Shown here piece by piece: positions 63,301 to 64,000 of a stretch of DNA of 64,000 nucleotides; the first letter of the stretch is position 1; the number at the start of each line of letters is the position of its first letter. The stretch lies in the NCBI GenBank assembly GCA_042408215.1, contig JAYFMW010000006.1:960001-1024000 (forward strand). The letters run 5' to 3'. This DNA is from Microcoleus sp. GTDB taxonomy: Bacteria > Cyanobacteriota > Cyanobacteriia > Cyanobacteriales > Microcoleaceae. The position numbers and the translations under genes are program-made. Below the pieces are notes generated by a model that saw only the letters and a list, made by a program, of their open reading frames with translations, made no database searches and was not told where the DNA came from.

Positions 63301-64000
63301 ATCGCTGTAAAATTGGGATTAGATGCGGAATGGCGACGGACTCTCTCGCAGCAAATGAGCGATCGCCATGCTAATCTCTACGAAGACGTAACCTGTGTCA
63401 AAGCGCTTGAGCAGTTCTACCGACAGGTTGTGGAAGACAAGCTAATAACTGATGCCAAAACACCGCCGCTATTGTCAACAGCTAAGAAAAAAGTTCTCCA
63501 TGTTGGCTGCGGGCCTTATTCCAGATCGGGCTTGCATGAGACTTTCAAAACTGATGAATGGCAGGAAGTGCGGCTTGATATTGACCCAAATGTAAAGCCA
63601 GATATTATAAGCTCTATTACAGATATGAGTCCTGTGCCCAGCCAGTCGGTTGATGCAATCTGGTCATCCCATAATATTGAGCATATCTATCCACACGAAG
63701 TGCCGATCGCCTTAGCTGAATTTTACCGCGTACTGAAGCCTGGTGGATTTGTTTTAATCACCTTGCCAGATATCCAGAAAGTAGCAGAGTATGTAGCTCA
63801 AGGGAACTTAGAGGAGCCTATCTACCTTTCTCCTGCTGGCCCAATTGCTGCAATTGATATTCTCTATGGTTTGGGTACAGATCTCGCCAAAGGTAAATAC
63901 TACATGGCACATCGCACAGGTTTCACCCAGGAAAGCCTCGCTCAGAAAATGCAGCAAGTTGGTTTCCATCCCGTTGAAGTCCGCAGTGAAAACCTCAATC
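60343..64000 (+). CDS. Methyltransferase - TPR - O-GlcNAc transferase (GT41-like) - methyltransferase fusion; runs off the window
   Basis: Absent from the ORF track (no stop). Frame from ATG 60343: YCEVGCFQGASL, FYDGSHDY, TPR repeats (AYNNLGN), KIRIGYVS, HPVTSGLPTIDYF, DTFSWSGG.TTLEA, VLHVGCG, SSHNIEH, RVLKPGG. Confidence 0.88.
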   Translation, partial: MDDQRFFEQLPSLYENWEQGLAFPKSDRFQKILNQVTGMTTANVMQLLNFAVECLEPNEVYCEVGCFQGASLIAALLDHPERMAYAVDNFSEFDTFGDSFEKLTENLSSFNLSDQVFFCNQEFEEFFSDLGGLETEDKIGFYFYDGSHDYRSHLMGLLLVRPFLAERAIILVSNSNWSAPQQANYDFLAAHPQCQLLLDKADGDDDNYKIWNGVQLFVWDGTRKHREDGETFGARRNKEVIASLNKLQEAERKKQIDTLHNEAVELHCSGAITPINKGKLVNTENEESFLSLSNENLKKAEKKYQEVLRLEPGNADAWLHLGTLYYMKEQYQDALLLLIKSIEIDPLKTIRHYNLGVVLEAVGDRSQAIRAYQEAIKLDPQNIQAYNNLGNILAQAGEIEQAESVYRQAIAANPEHFGGYLNLGNILMLRQQIDRAIAAYETALRLQPRYPDILNNLGLAFEAKNDKAQASSYLGYAFYRQNKHEIAINYFQKFLEIQTGDRDFYIALADCYQLTNQYDEALKVYEDSISLYPQDENLYFSWILTLQKAGRTQEAIAVASKASQLLPNALQLKREAELLLPVIYEYPEEIKFYRQRFTQGLQNFSQEISLDTADMKKNSFRGISCYQNFLLQYQGSNDLELQKQYGELVHRIMAANYPHWVLPRPMPTLNPTEKIRIGYVSHGMRGNGVGKLLLGWLRNCDRQQFDVYCYHINPEQDALTEKFRVYSDVFHQIGNDLEGVCQQIVSDKLHLLVFVEIGMHPQMIQMAALRLAPIQCASWLHPVTSGLPTIDYFLSSEAMEPENAAEHYSEQLIRLPKLGMSCTKPIIPTQTKKRADFQLRDDAVVYLSCQTLSKYLPQYDYIYPEIAQKVPQSQFVFVAHQSPLITEKLQQRLKQAFAKYGLKNEDYCIILPRQTVISYWQLNLLADIFLDTFSWSGGITTLEAIACNLPIVTCPGELMRGRQSCGMLNILGLTDTIAQDEAEYIDIAVKLGLDAEWRRTLSQQMSDRHANLYEDVTCVKALEQFYRQVVEDKLITDAKTPPLLSTAKKKVLHVGCGPYSRSGLHETFKTDEWQEVRLDIDPNVKPDIISSITDMSPVPSQSVDAIWSSHNIEHIYPHEVPIALAEFYRVLKPGGFVLITLPDIQKVAEYVAQGNLEEPIYLSPAGPIAAIDILYGLGTDLAKGKYYMAHRTGFTQESLAQKMQQVGFHPVEVRSENLN

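Overview
Chromosomal window of a filamentous cyanobacterium, probably Oscillatoriales/Microcoleus-like. This is inferred from abundant HIP1 GCGATCGC sites, STRR heptamer arrays, and nblB, nrtP and ctp-type genes. The backbone is housekeeping: C-terminal protease, ispG, tamB, murQ, nblB, dacB, nrtP, recA, lepB, pyrC, tsaE, yvcK, mlaF/mlaD. The accessory and mobile features are: (1) a four-helix-bundle (23S-IVS/Avd-like) gene inside the mlaF-mlaD operon, between long mutually inverted heptamer arrays; (2) four IS200/IS605-type elements, namely a protein-less omegaRNA/HEARO element right at the lepB start codon, a protein-less element between the Shine-Dalgarno and ATG of a LysE/ArgO gene, a degenerate hybrid element, and a dead tnpB element in a TATAAT box; (3) a 5.4-kb transporter island between 1.62-kb direct repeats that carry an Rpn nuclease gene, with one junction at a HIP1 site and the second copy broken by an IS; (4) six tandem Uma2 nuclease genes; (5) nested MITEs targeting REP-like hairpins, plus repeats absorbed in frame into tamB and dacB; (6) giant glycosyltransferase/methyltransferase/O-GlcNAc-transferase fusion genes at the right end. 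All calls come from reading the sequence and the ORF track by eye; no searches were run.
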